From positions 95,790,001 to 95,854,000 of the forward strand of contig OZ336874.1 in assembly GCA_965287045.1 (NCBI GenBank): DNA of 64,000 nucleotides. The letters are read 5' to 3'. This DNA comes from Carcharhinus amblyrhynchos. Its lineage: Eukaryota. Shown piece by piece: positions 50,300 to 62,724 of this stretch (position 1 is the stretch's first letter; every line of letters begins with the position of its first letter). Both the position numbers and the translations under genes were made by a program. The notes beneath the pieces are model-generated. The model searched no databases. It was not told where the DNA came from and worked only from the letters and a program-made list of their open reading frames with translations.

Positions 50300-52090
50300 C
50301 TAAACTGAATATAACAAATAGAGGGAGGAGTGGAAAAGGGAAATAAGAGAAGCAAATAGAGAATATGAGAATAAGTTTGTAGGTAATATAAAAGGGAACT
50401 CAAAATTATTTTCCATACATTTTCTAAAAGGATAGTCAAAGGAATGCAGGGGCTGATTCAGATCTTCTAGTATGGAGGAAAGGACTAATTGGCGACATTG
50501 TCCTGTCTCCAGTAGTGTAAAGGATGCTGACAATGTTACAATAAAGAGAGTGGAGAAATTGGACAAGTTGAAATTGGATAAAATGCAAGCATTTTAAGAG
50601 ATTGCTTGCACTCAAGATAGTAAAGTCACTTGGTCTGGATGGAATGCACACAAGGTTGCTGAGGGAAGTGAGGGGTGCAAATTGCAGATGCTTTGGTCAC
50701 AATCTTTCAATGCTCTCCTGATATGGAGGTGTTGCCAGAGAATGGGAGGGTTGTAAATGTTATGCTCCTGTTTAAAAAGAGGTAAGGAGACCTGGTAACT
50801 ATCGGTCATGATGTGGAGATGCTGGCATTGCACTGGGGTAAGCACATTAAGAAGTCTCTCAACACCAGGTTAAAGTCCAACAGGTTTAATTGTAGCAAAC
50901 GCCAATAGTAGCAAAGTATTGGTCAGTCAATGGAGAATCGGCCCATCATGTCTGCACCAGCTCTCTAGACGAGCATTATTGTTCAGTGCTATCCTCCTGC
51001 CTTTTCCGCATAATCCTGCATGTTGTTTCTATTCAAATAATCTTAACATCTTCTTGAATATCTCGGTTGAACCTGCCTCCACCACACTTCCAGGCAGTGC
51101 ATTCCAGATCCCAACAAGATGCTAGGTGAAGAAGATTTTCCTCACATCTCATTTATATCTTTTGCAAATCAATTTAATTCTGTGCCCTCTTGTTCATGAC
51201 CCTTTTTACAAGTGGGAACCGTTTCTCCCCCATCTACTGTCTAAAACCACCCCCCCTCATGATTTTCAACACCTCTCTTATCAGATCTCCTTTTAACAAC
51301 ATCTTCTCCAAGGAGACCAGTCTCAACTTCTCCAATCATTCTTCATAATAGTAGTTTCTCGTCCCTGGAACCATTCTTGTAAACCTTTGCTGAACTCTTT
51401 CCAATGCATATGGCACCCAGAACTGTACATAATATTTCAGTGTCTTGTACAATTTCAGCATAACCTCCTTGCTCTTGTACTTGATCCCCCTGTTAATAAA
51501 GCCCAGGGTTTTTATGATTTATTAACTGCTCTCTTCATCTGGCCTGCCACTTTTAAGGATTTAAACAGGTATAAGCCCAGATCCTCCTGCTCCTGCATAC
51601 TCTTTTTGAGTTGTACCCCTTTATATTTTGTCTCTCCATGCTCTTTTTTAACCAAAGTGAATCACCCCACACTTCTCTGTATTGAACTTTACCTACCACC
51701 TACCTGCCCACTCCACCAACCTATGTCCTTTTTGAAGTTGTACACTGTCCTCCTCACAGTTTACAATTGTTCCAAGGTTTGTGTCATCAACGTTTAGAGA
51801 CAATAATCCAGGATAAAATTAAGTTGCATATTTAAAAATATGGGTGAATAACTGAAAGTCAGCATGGATTTGTTGAAGGGAGACCATCTTTAACTAACCT
51901 AATTAAGTTTATCGATGAAGTTACAGAGCAAATTAATGCAAATAATGCAATTAGTGTCGGTATTTAGACTTTCAAAAGGCACTTGATGAAATGTCAGTAA
52001 AGTTAATGCCCATACAATTAAAGGGGCACTAACTGCGTGGATACAAGTCAGCAAAGAGGCACAAGGCAGAAAGTAGTGGTGAAGAGTTAT
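50300..52090. mobile_element. Nested CR1 remnants with a Penelope-type terminal fragment at ~50807-50905
   Basis: A plus-strand CR1 (KSLGLDGMH; QHGFVEGRPSLTNLIKF) is interrupted by a minus-strand CR1 (50930-51795) and by atgtggagatgctggcattgcactgggg...aacaccaggttaaagtccaacaggttt. Confidence 0.65.
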
Positions 52091-52720
52091 TTTTTTTATT
52101 CATTCAAGAGATGCTGGCATCAGTGGCCAGGCCAGCATTTATTACCCATCCCTAGTTGCTTCTGGGAAGGTGGTGAACTGCCTTCCTGAACCACTGCAGT
52201 TCTTGCAGTGTAGGTATACCCACAGTGCTGTTAGGGAGAGAGTTCCAGGATTTTCATCCAGTAGTAGTGAAGGAGTGGTGATACATTTCCAAGACAGGAT
52301 GATGTGTGGGTTGGAGGGCAACTTTGTGTTGGTGCTATCCCCACTGGTCATGGGTTTGGAAGGTGCTGCCTAAGGAGCCTTGGTGAGTTCCTACCGTGAT
52401 AGATGCTCCTGCACCTCAGTGGTACATGGATGTTTGTGGAAGGGGTAGCAATCAAGTGGACTGCTTTGTCCTGGATGGTGTCAAATGTCTTGAGTGTTGT
52501 TGGAGCTGCACTCATCCAGGCAAATAGAGAGTCTTCCATCACACTCCTGGGGGGTGGTGGGGGTTGCCAGAGGATGCGGTCAGGAGGTTAGTTACCTGCC
52601 ACACAATTCCTCGTTCCTCACCTCTGAGCTGCTCTTGTAATCAACAGTATTTATACGGCTGGTCCACTTCAGTTTCTGCTCGATGGTCACCCTCAGATGT
52701 TGATAGTGGGGAACTCATGC
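52090..52720 (-). mobile_element. CR1/L2-group LINE 3' portion (family of 31575-32520)
   Basis: Minus frame AWMSAAPTTLKTFDTIQDKAVHLI and the same 3' end. Confidence 0.8.
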
Positions 52721-53291
52721 AATATAATTCTATGATTCTTACCAGCAGGATTCTGTGTACTTGCATAAAACTAACACTGCACAGTTAGGATTTGCTCTGC
52801 ACTCAACCAGGGCACTAATTAAAAAAACAAAATAAAATCCCCAGAGATTCCCACACTTAACACCCACTTTCCCTCTGCACAAGCTGTATCTGGTTTGTAT
52901 AAACTGCCTCGCCCTCCCACTGAATGAGACTGCATTACTCACTTTGGTCACTGTTATGATCACACTTTTGAAATCTTCATATTCCTTAAAACTTAACAGT
53001 GGGTCTGACCAAGAGTAATACACTCAGCTAATCGCAACTGAAAAATGTTAAGCGGGTTCTTTATGAGATAATCAATTATTTTCCTGAGTTTTTCACTAAC
53101 GTTTGCAGCGATGAAACACAAACATCCAACGGTACTCTCTTGTGGCGCATTAGCTCACACCTACTCTTTAGCAAACAGAGGAAAATATTGTCCCTAGCGT
53201 TTAGTGGCAGCTCGGGTATTAACTTAAGTTGGAGGTTTCACATCACTCCACAAGGAGTTCATCAGTTTCAACAGGCAGAAAGATTAAGCAC

Positions 53292-54398
53292 TTTTTGTGT
53301 CTTAATTTTTAAATATTCTCTCACAACAAACTAAAGCACTTGGTAACATAGCATTGGCTCATCTTTTAATCAAAAAATAGTCTGAAGCAACACTGCTCTG
53401 ATCAGGAAATTATCTTTTCCTCCAATTTAATAACATTAGTATCCTTTATAAAGCAATCATCAAGTACCTAGCCTTTGATTTAAATTCAAAGACAAAGTAA
53501 GATCCCAAGGCCTTGATTTGTTTACCTTAGATTGTGGCAGTTACAAGAAAACAAACAAAATACATGTTCCAACGGTATACAGCATCATAAAGCGGCACTT
53601 ATTCCCCTTATATACTTGCAGCAAATAAAGTAATGAGCCGTCTTTATGAAAATAATTGAATTTCACTTCATGCAATTATGAATATTAAAAATAAAGTAAA
53701 TTGCTAAACTATCACATTCAACAGGCTCAAATGTAGGTAGGCCTGAGCAATGACAAAACATTAAATACAACCTTCTTTTTAGATTGAGTACAAACCAAGT
53801 GATTGGTCAAATACATTTCTCTGAAATATAGTATATGCTTTATACCTTCTCGTTCATACACAGCTTGTGATAAAATAATGTTACAAAATTAATGTATTGT
53901 TCCTTTTATTGACTAAATCCCATTTTTCAGTCACTAGGATGTGATTATATCTTGTTTTGCAATCGAGTGTCAACAAAACAGCAAATTAATAATTCACCAC
54001 AGGGTACCTTGGTGCACTAGTCTGGTCACTTAGAAGTAGCTCAATGCTGCACAACATATAGGCCTTTAAGAAGAGTTGTCATTGTTGATAACACAATTAC
54101 GATTGACCCCAAAAAAGTCTGTAATGACATGTGGCAGATCCCTGCAGAACAAAAATGCAAGGCCTTGGATCTTACTTTGCCTCTCAACATACTATTTCCC
54201 ATTTAAATCAAAGGCTAGGTACTTAATGATTTCTTTGTAAAGAATCCTAATGTTACTAATTGGAGGAAAAAATAATTTCCTGATCAGAACAGTGTCGCTC
54301 CAGACTATTTTGATTAAAAGATGAGCCAATGGTATGTTACCAAGTGCTTTAGTTTGTTATGAGAGAATATTTAAAAGTTAAGCATTTGTGCACAAAAA
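53292..54398. repeat. Long inverted repeat (arms ~53292-53523 and ~54148-54398)
   Basis: For example ttaaatattctctcacaacaaactaaagcacttggtaacatagcattggctcatcttttaatcaaaa pairs with ttttgattaaaagatgagccaatggtatgttaccaagtgctttagtttgttatgagagaatatttaa. Confidence 0.9.
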
Positions 54399-54739
54399 AA
54401 CCTGAGGAAAACAGCCTTCAAAGTCAGAAACACATTTTACACCAGCAGATATTCAGGATATTGGCAGTGTCATTTAAAAAAAAAATCACATTAGACATAA
54501 AACTACATTTTCTTTAGTTGTTACTGCATAAAGGCCTATCTATGAAGGCTTGACTTGAGGTTCGTAAACAAAGTTATACATTAGGGATACTGGAAAGGAG
54601 TATTTAGTGTAACAGTGATTTCTGGCTCTCCTGGGACAGTTTCCCATTGTCATCTTGTACAAATGTCTCCTGGGTGGGGAATGATTAGGAATTCACGTAT
54701 GCAAGATGGAAAGGACATTGCTATTTTTTTCAAAACTAC

Positions 54740-54895
54740 CTTAAATTTGTTCAAGTAGTCCGCAAGCTTTGATTTTTCATTATCATCATCGTCATCGAAT
54801 GCAGAATCTTGTTTTGTTTCCTGTGATTCATCTGTCAGCATGGATTCACTGGACTCAGATGCTGCTCTCTCCAATATGGTTGCCATGGCATCCAC
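54740..54895 (-). CDS. MRPS27: MRPS27 penultimate coding exon
   Basis: Acceptor ttttctacag|GTG and donor AAG|gtagtt; 156 nt, phase 0/0. Encodes VDAMATILERAASESSESMLTDESQETKQDSAFDDDDDNEKSKLADYLNKFK (human EQSKLPQYLERFK). Confidence 0.9.
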
Positions 54896-55160
54896 CTGTA
54901 GAAAATGAGCAAAAATCTCCAGTGACTTCACCAGCTAATAAATCAGCATTCACAGTTGGTGTTTTGGTGACTATGCTCCAATGCCTTGATTTACTACGAC
55001 TCCTCAGTTGACTAAGACACCTAGACCTCTTTCAACTTCGCCTGTAAAAATATTTGTGAAATATATTTTTCTTTCCAGATGCGACATTTATCATTTATCT
55101 GCCCCAAATTTCATCTGTCAGGATTCTGCACACTTTGATATCTTGTCCAACTCATTTCTG

Positions 55161-55346
55161 ATCCAAAACAGTAAATGCTGGAAAATCTCAGCAGTCTGAC
55201 AGCATCTGTGGAGAGAGAACAGAAGTCTGATGAAGGATCATCTAGACTCAAAATATTGACTCTATTCTGTCTCCACAGCTGCTGAGATTTTCCAGCATTT
55301 TCGGTTTTTGTTTGAGATTCCAGCATCTGCAGTGTTTTGCTTTTAT
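55161..55346. mobile_element. Penelope-derived fold-back element with a degenerate hammerhead core
   Basis: aaatgctggaaaatctcagcag pairs with ctgctgagattttccagcattt; the centre reads ctgatgaaggatcatctagactcaaaa. Confidence 0.65.
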
Positions 55347-56235
55347 CATTTGTCCTCCTAGTTTAGTATCATTTGTAATTTGATTTCTTATTCACTTAAA
55401 TTTGAAACAGCTGTCCTCTCAATATTGAAGTTTAGAAACAGAGCAGAAGGAGACCATTTGATCCTTCATGTTGATTCAGCCCAATTCCAATTTCTAGCTC
55501 ATAGTCTGTTGCCTTTTAGGTTACCGCTGTCCCAATACATATCAAATATTTTTTTTAAAAGTCATCAAGCAATGAGTCATAGACCTCCACCATTCTCTGG
55601 GTGAAAAGCTTCTCAACAACCTCCCTACCCTTTCAACCACTAACTTTGTATCTATGCCCCTGTTTATTGACCGTACTACTAATGGAAATTGGTCCTTCCA
55701 ATCGCTCTATCTGGGTCCCTCATTTTTTTTACATTGCAAATAAATCTCCCTTAGTTTCCTCACTTCCCAAAAAAAAAGCAGTCTATCCAAAACAAAAACA
55801 AGAAAATGTTGGAAACTCTCAGCAGCTCTGGTCATACCTGTGGAGTGACCAGGCACAGGTAGCCAATGGGCTGCATTTTACATGTCTATGTCTTGCATGT
55901 TTTCAGCAGGGGGTTGTAAAATGGAACAGCTGCCAACTCGCCACACCCAAGCTCACCTCAAAAATATAGGTGGGGGTGAGGGGAGGTACTCAAATCAGCA
56001 GTCCACAGTTAATGACAATGATTTTGGTTGTCATTCATGTCTTTTTTAAGTCATACACTGAACTGGAAAACATGTGGAAGGTATCTGTACATGTAGATTC
56101 AGAGAACAATTACAGCACAATACTCCATTCTTCCCATCTTGACTATTCCAGCTCTCCAAGTGCAATTCACCTAGTGCCACTCCCTTGCTGCCCCTGCCAT
56201 GTTTCTGCAAATCTTTTTGTCAGATATTTATCCTC

Positions 56236-56572
56236 GGCACAGTAGCACAATGGTTAGCACTGCCGCTTCACAGCTCCAGCCACCTGGGTTCAATTCCCGG
56301 CTCGGGTCACTGTCTGTGTGGAGTTTGCACATTCTCCTCGTGTCTGCACAGGTTTTCTCCGAATGTTCCGGTTTCCTCCCACAGTCCAAAGATGTGTGGG
56401 TTAGGTTGATTGGCCATGATAAAATTGCCCTTAATGTCCTGAGATGCATAGGTTAGAGGGATTAGTGGGTAAATGTGTAGGGATATGGGGGTAGAGCCTG
56501 GGTGGGATTGTGGTCGGTGCAGACTCGATGGGCCAAATGGCTTCTTTCTGTACTGTAGGGTTTCTATGATTC
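56236..56572 (+). mobile_element. HE1-like V-SINE, CR1-type tail
   Basis: Full-length copy. Confidence 0.85.
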
Positions 56573-56696
56573 AATTCCCCTTTGAAAGCCATGATGAAAT
56601 GTGTCTCTGCCACATTCTCAGGCTGTACATTCCTGTTCCTAACCATTTGCCATGCAATTGTTTTTCTCCTGTGACCTTGCTTCTTTGTCAATTGCT

Positions 56697-58040
56697 TTGA
56701 CTCAATGCTCTCTAGTTCAATTCAATTTCACTTTATTGTCTGTATGGAAATTTGTTTGGGTACATTGCTCATTCATATAAAAATTACATACAAAATGAGT
56801 AATAACAATAAAAAACATAAATATTCTCCATCCTTCTGCCAGCAGAAAAAGTCTCTCCCTATCTCCTCTGTCCAGAGCCCTCATCATTTTGAACCCCTTT
56901 GCAACTTGTTTGCCTTCTTAACTACTTGTTGAACCTGCCTGTTAGCTTTTTTGTGGCTCATGCAACAGAACACCTATAAGTCTCTCTGCATTTCACTCAC
57001 CTGCAGTCTCCCTCCATTTAGATAAATCTGCCTTTTGATTCCTCCTATCAAAGTGCATTGAGTCATAGAGGTTTACAGCATGGAAACAGATCCTTCGGCC
57101 CAACTTGTCCATGCCACCCTTTGTTTTTAAAACCCCTAATTTAGTCCCAATTGCCTGCATTTGACCCATATCCCTCAATACCCATTGTACCCATGTAACT
57201 ATCTAAATGCTTTTCAAAAGACAAATTTGTGCCCACCTCAACTACTACTTCTGGCAGCTTGTTCCAGACAATCCAACCACTGTGTGAAAAAATTGCCCCT
57301 GGACACTTTTGCATCTCTTCCCTCTCACCGTAAACCTATGCCCTCTAGGTTTAGACTCCCCTACCTTTGAGGGAAGAAAAATGACTATGTAGCTGATCTT
57401 ATTATTTTATAGACCATTATTTTAGAGATCACCCCTCAGCCTCCTATGCTCCAGAGAAAAAAGTCCCAGTCTATCCAGCCTCTCATAACTCAATCCATCA
57501 AGTCCTGTTAGCATCCTAGTGAACCTTTTCTGCACTCTTTCTAGTTTAATAATATTCTTTCTATAATAGGGTGACCAGAATTGCACACAGTATTCCAAGT
57601 GTGGCCTTACCAATGTCTTGTACAACTTCAACAAGATATTCCAACTCCTGTATCCAATGCTCTGACCGATGAAATCAAGCGTGCCGAATGCCTTCTTCAC
57701 CATACTGTCCACTTGTGACTCCACTTTCAAGGAGCTATGAACGTGTACCCCTAGATCTTTGTTTTGTAACTCTCCCCAACACCCTACCATTTACAATCTA
57801 CCAAAATGCATCACCTGCAGTCATCAGGCTCATTTGTCTCAAATTAAACTCCATCTGCCTTTTGTCAGCCCACTGGTCCAATTGATCAAACATGACCTCA
57901 CACCTTTCTACATTAAACTCCAACTGTCAGGTTTCCCCCCAGTTACCCAGTAATTTTTATGTGAACGAGCAATGTACCCAAACAAATTTCCATATGGACA
58001 ATAAAGTGAAATTGAATTGAACTAGAGAGCACTGAGTCAA
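56697..58040. repeat. Inverted repeat, ~91-bp arms (56697-56787, 57950-58040), enclosing a CR1 fragment (~57058-57890, minus)
   Basis: ttgactcaatgctctctagttcaattcaatttcactttattgtc...tttgtttgggtacattgctc pairs with gagcaatgtacccaaacaaa...gacaataaagtgaaattgaattgaactagagagcactgagtcaa. Confidence 0.9.
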
Positions 58041-59389
58041 TAAATAGATAATAGATAGAGATATATCTATGTATCTATATCCCATCGCAGAATCAGAATA
58101 TCCTCATCACATATCCTTCCACCTACAGTGGTATAATCAGTGGACTAGTAATTCAGAGACCCAATGTAATGCAGATGGTGAAGTTTGAATTTAATAAAAA
58201 TCTGGAATGAAAAATATCTAATATTGTAAAAACTTATCTGGTTTACTAATGGAAATCCACCAGCCTCACCTGGTCTGGCCTACATGTAACTTCTAAATGC
58301 CTCGTCAAGGGCAATTAAGAATGGGCAATAAATGCTAGCCCAGTCAGCGATGCCCACATCCCATGAAAGCATTTTAAAAAAACTATCATTTTCAGTTTAA
58401 GTGGTGAAAGGACTCTTAATTTGCTCTTTGACATTATTCCCTGCAAGATATGAGTGGTACTACTGAATGATCTATTCAGCTATCTGCAGCTTTACATGAT
58501 AGGAAATAAATATCTGTAGACACTTCCAAATGTGCTTTATAGGAGACAGAGTAACACAGGGAAAGTACAAAGGGATATAAAGTAAAAAAAAACTCCATTT
58601 CAAAATGGGGTGATAGTAGATAAAACAAGAGGACATTTTGTTGGCCCATTATCAAACTGGGAAGCAATGTTTGGCAGGCACTCAGTGAGTTCACAAGCGT
58701 GCCTTGCCAGTGCCAATCAAGAATGATAAGGGTTCCTCTTCAATAAGAGGCGACAGGCTACACTGTACAACAAAAATGTCATGGTGACATTTTTTTCTAT
58801 CTACTAAGCACTATGTTCTCTACAACTAATCTGGCTAAACTTCTTTCCAAGATATGGTGGCAGGGGTGGTGGGGGGCTGTTTAAATGAATAGCTTTTTTA
58901 CCCACCTCCCTTAAAAGCTCAAATCATTTCTAAAAAAGGAATAATTTCAAGCTTTGAGTTAGCTTGCCACAGGGTCATGAATTAAGATCTCTAAGTTGAA
59001 CCTTACGAAGCCAAGATGCTTGAAGTGCTTTAACTTCTGCAGTACCACAAACAGTTTCTCTGGAGATTTATAAGAACCATCCATTTGTAAGATCCATCAG
59101 CACCTTCTTTTGTTACAAAGGGATATGGTAATATAATATTTAATTTCCACCTCAGTTGGCAAGATTTTGAGGTGAATAGCAAAGGAACGGCACTCACTGT
59201 TTGCCTCAAAGATAGCTGTTCACAATGATCTAGTGATCAGTGTGGCATGGTGACCAGTATGGCCTGGTTTCCTTTTTCCCAATATCAGTTTAAATTTGGT
59301 GTCAAGGGGATCTCTTGGCAACTGCATGATGCCAACAAACAGATAAACAGCCAATCACATTGAAGTATTTATACACAGCAAGCAGAAAG

Positions 59390-59687
59390 GGTGAAGTGGT
59401 TAGCATTGCTGCCTCATGGTGCCAAGGACCCAGGTTCGATTCCCAGCTTGGGTCACTATCTGAGTAGAGTTTGCACATTCTCCCCTGCGTGGGTTTCCTC
59501 CAGTGCTCCAGTTTTTTTCCCATAGTCTGAAAATGTGCAGGTTAGGAACATCGGTCATGTTAAATTCTCCCTCAGCATACCCGAACAGATGCCGGAGTGT
59601 GGGGCTAGGGGATTTTCACAGTAACTTCATTGCAGTGTGAATGTAGGCCTACTTGTGACTAAGAAATTAACTTAAACTTTAAACTTT
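59390..59687 (+). mobile_element. HE1-like V-SINE, alternative tail
   Basis: gtggttagcattgctgcc...ggttcgattccc...gattttcacagtaacttcattgcag. Confidence 0.85.
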
Positions 59688-60279
59688 CATTTAAGTTAAA
59701 AACAATTAGATACCCTTCATTTAATTTAAATTTTCAGACCTTAGAATTAATGTTAATGCTTGAAATTAGATAGAAGCCAAAATATCAATATAAACAGAAA
59801 ATTAAAAGAAAATGCAGAATTTAAAAAAAAATCATAATGCAGAAATTTGAAGTGAAAATATAAACTTAGCTTTTCTAGGTCAGTGAAAGTGTTTAGCAAT
59901 AATCACTAAATTAGTGCTGGTGAATTTGGTGAGAGTGGGAATTTGGTGTAGACGAGGTTGGGGGAGGTTCTGTTTCTGCCTCCATAAGGTATGGTGGACT
60001 GTGTAAGCTTAAGGCTTTGAGTATTTTAAAATATAGTCCAGTTTTTTTAGTGTTTGGTGTAAGTTTTGTAGGAAAAAAAACAAACTTAATAATAACCTAA
60101 AAAGCACATATAAACACTCTAGACTAGGTTGAAGTACATCAGATCACATTTCTGGACTGCAGTACGTTGGGGGGGGTGTTTGAAGACAGCAAGACTGTCC
60201 TGAGAAAATGCAGCTGCAACTCTCCAAGTCACAGGCTTACAACTATATCAGATTTACAACTGTTGCTGAGTTAAAATTG

Positions 60280-60626
60280 TTGAGGTAGAGAGATTCTTTC
60301 CACTTCGAAAGGAAAACAGAACTAGAGGGCACAGCCTCAAAATAAGGGGGGACAGTTTAGAACAGAGTTGAAGAGGAACTTCTTCAATCAAAGGGTAATG
60401 AATTTCTGGAATTCTCAGCCCATTGAAGAGGTGGAGGCTACCTTGTTGAATATATTTAAGTCACAGGTAGATTTCTGATAGACAAGGGAATTAAGGGTTA
60501 TGGGGAGAAAGCGGGAAAGTGGAACTGATCCACTTCACTTAAGACCATGATCTTATTGAATGGCGGTGCAGGCTCAAAAGGCTAGATGGCCTACTCCTGC
60601 TCCTATTTCTTATGTTCTTATGTTCT
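60280..60626 (+). mobile_element. CR1 3' fragment, older relative of the young subfamily
   Basis: Similar to 9675-10036, with a ttcttatgttcttatgttct tail. Confidence 0.85.
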
Positions 60627-62199
60627 AAAATCCTGCAACTCCCTTCTGAACAGCACTGTGGGTGTACTTACACCACGTGGACTGGAGAGGTTCAGAAAGG
60701 TGAGTGATCATCACCTTCTCAAAGGCAATTGGTGCTGGCCTAGACAGGAATACCCTCATCTCATGAATGAATTTTTAAAAAAAAACCTGAAATTCCAGTT
60801 ATATCTCATTCAACAAGACTTTTTCAAGGGTTTTCACAGTCAACCTAACAGCATTACATTTCCTATTGATTGCTGTTGGGGGTGGGGAGTGGTCTGCAGG
60901 GATGACCCAACAGTGTGAGAACAGACTCATTTCTTCCTTCTGGGAATGAGTGCATATTTGGACTCCAGCTTTGCTGTCATTGCCACCACAAAAAGCAGGC
61001 CATTTGCTACAATACTAAAAATGATACTGTTGGAGCACACTGGCCCCAGCACTTGTAAACAAATAGTAAAAACGTTTTTAGTTAATGTTGACTTATCACT
61101 TGTTCAGTGAGTCATTTGATAAATCAAGCATGTAGTCCTCCAGTAGTTAAATCTTTGGAGCACTGCTTCGTATTGCTGTAAATAGCAACACAGTGAACAC
61201 TTCTCTGAACACGTTTATGCATCTGAGGATGTTTTTTCCCTCAGGATGTTAACAGTGACGGACAGTTGCTGGCAATTAAATTAGATGGTCAATTGCCAGC
61301 ATCATGTGGGCTACTGCTCAGCAATTACCCTCAGGCATAATGACATTTTTGTAGTGCAGACGTGCTGTCCAGGAGGGGGAAATTCTATCCTTTTGCTGAA
61401 AAATGTGTTTCCTTGTCAAAACGGTTTTTAAAAAATGTTCATTTCATTCACTGAGTTGCAGTTTGTAGAAGCTGCACGAATTAAAAACCATTAAAGGCCT
61501 CTCAAATACATGGTTCAGAAATTACGTGGTTCCCGATTCGGGGACAGAGTCCCTAAAATGATTGCAGTGACTGCTGCCGGCCAAATCACTGCACAGAAGC
61601 AGGGCAATCCCGGTCAGCATGAGGTCTGGCCATTCCCACCACTTATGGAGAACGTGTATGTTTAATTCCTTCAAAGCCTTCCCTAGCTGAAGAAGGAAAA
61701 TGGTTCTGTGTGAATGAAAATATTTGAAATTCAATTGACATTTTAATGCCCAACTCAGGACAGGCCATAAATCAATGGTTACTGAAAAAGAAACTTCATT
61801 ATGTGCCGCATTCTTCTATTTGTACAAGTGGTTCAGCTCCAAGAGCTGACTTAAAGCTTTTAAAAGGGAAACCACACCAGAGTACAAATATTCATGTTTC
61901 ACCTTTCAACTAGATGTCTTGGCGTTCTGAACAGAGCCAATTACATCATTTTCTTTTCTAGTATTGCGCTGTCTCAAAGCATCAGGGACCAGTCAGACGC
62001 AAGTTCCATTCCCCACTCCAAGGATCCACTTAATGGAAAATGAAAAGGGCCAAACTTTCACAATCCATTCTCCCATTAAGGCCAATTGTGATGGATGCAG
62101 GATGCACAGTACATCCAAAGCCCAACAACCAGAGTGAATGTTCATACAAACTAGTACCCCCGACAGCATCATAAGAGCTCAAATGAAAAAGAAACACAA

Positions 62200-62325
62200 T
62201 GGCTAAAATATTACCGTCTCGCCCACCCCAGAATCGGGGCGGGCATGGCTTGCAGAACACCATTCTCTGTTGGCCTCGGGTGGAATCTTAAGAGCCAGGG
62301 GTGGGCAAGACGGTATAATTCCAGC
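62200..62325. mobile_element. MITE-like element about 25 bp from an MRPS27 splice donor
   Basis: Inverted ends ttaccgtctcgcccacccc...ggggtgggcaagacggtataa. Confidence 0.6.
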
Positions 62326-62349
62326 AAATGTATTTTACTGTTTTCTTAC

Positions 62350-62492
62350 CGCTTCCTTACAAAGCTTTTTTCCATTTGTAGATTCCACCGTGTTCTCCAT
62401 CACACTTAGAGCTCGACTCAAGTATCCTGGGGTCCAGATCAGGGGCATTTTGGTGTAAACAGCACGGATCCCCTTAGCCAGTTCAACTTTTC
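62350..62492 (-). CDS. MRPS27: MRPS27 coding exon, third from last
   Basis: Acceptor tttcccag|GA and donor GCG|gtaag; 143 nt. Encodes (G)[47 protein letters not shown] (human [33 protein letters not shown]). Not in the ORF track. Confidence 0.93.
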
Positions 62493-62621
62493 CTGGGAAA
62501 GATTATCCATATTTTCAGAAAATTAAAGCTTACATCGAATCAAAAGTAACCCAAGTATATAACACTGTGAAATGATTGTGTAAGATGGCACATTAGACAC
62601 AAGAAGCTGCAGGAAACGTAC

Positions 62622-62724
62622 CAAGAAATGCAAGTCCCAGAAGCTGGGAGCTAAAGCCAATTGTATTGTTCTGCTTTAGTCCGACCAAGAGTAAAGCTGC
62701 ACCCAGATTCCGTTCATCTTCCAA
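62622..62724 (-). CDS. MRPS27: MRPS27 coding exon, fourth from last
   Basis: Acceptor tgtttttcag|TTG and donor TTG|gtacgt; 103 nt, ending in phase 1. Encodes [34 protein letters not shown](G) (human [34 protein letters not shown]). A 129-nt intron separates it from the next exon. Confidence 0.93.

Noticed and set aside
61200-61320. Intronic snoRNA or pre-miRNA
   Set aside because: The stems are only 9-11 bp, and I could not find properly placed C/D or H/ACA boxes on the host strand.
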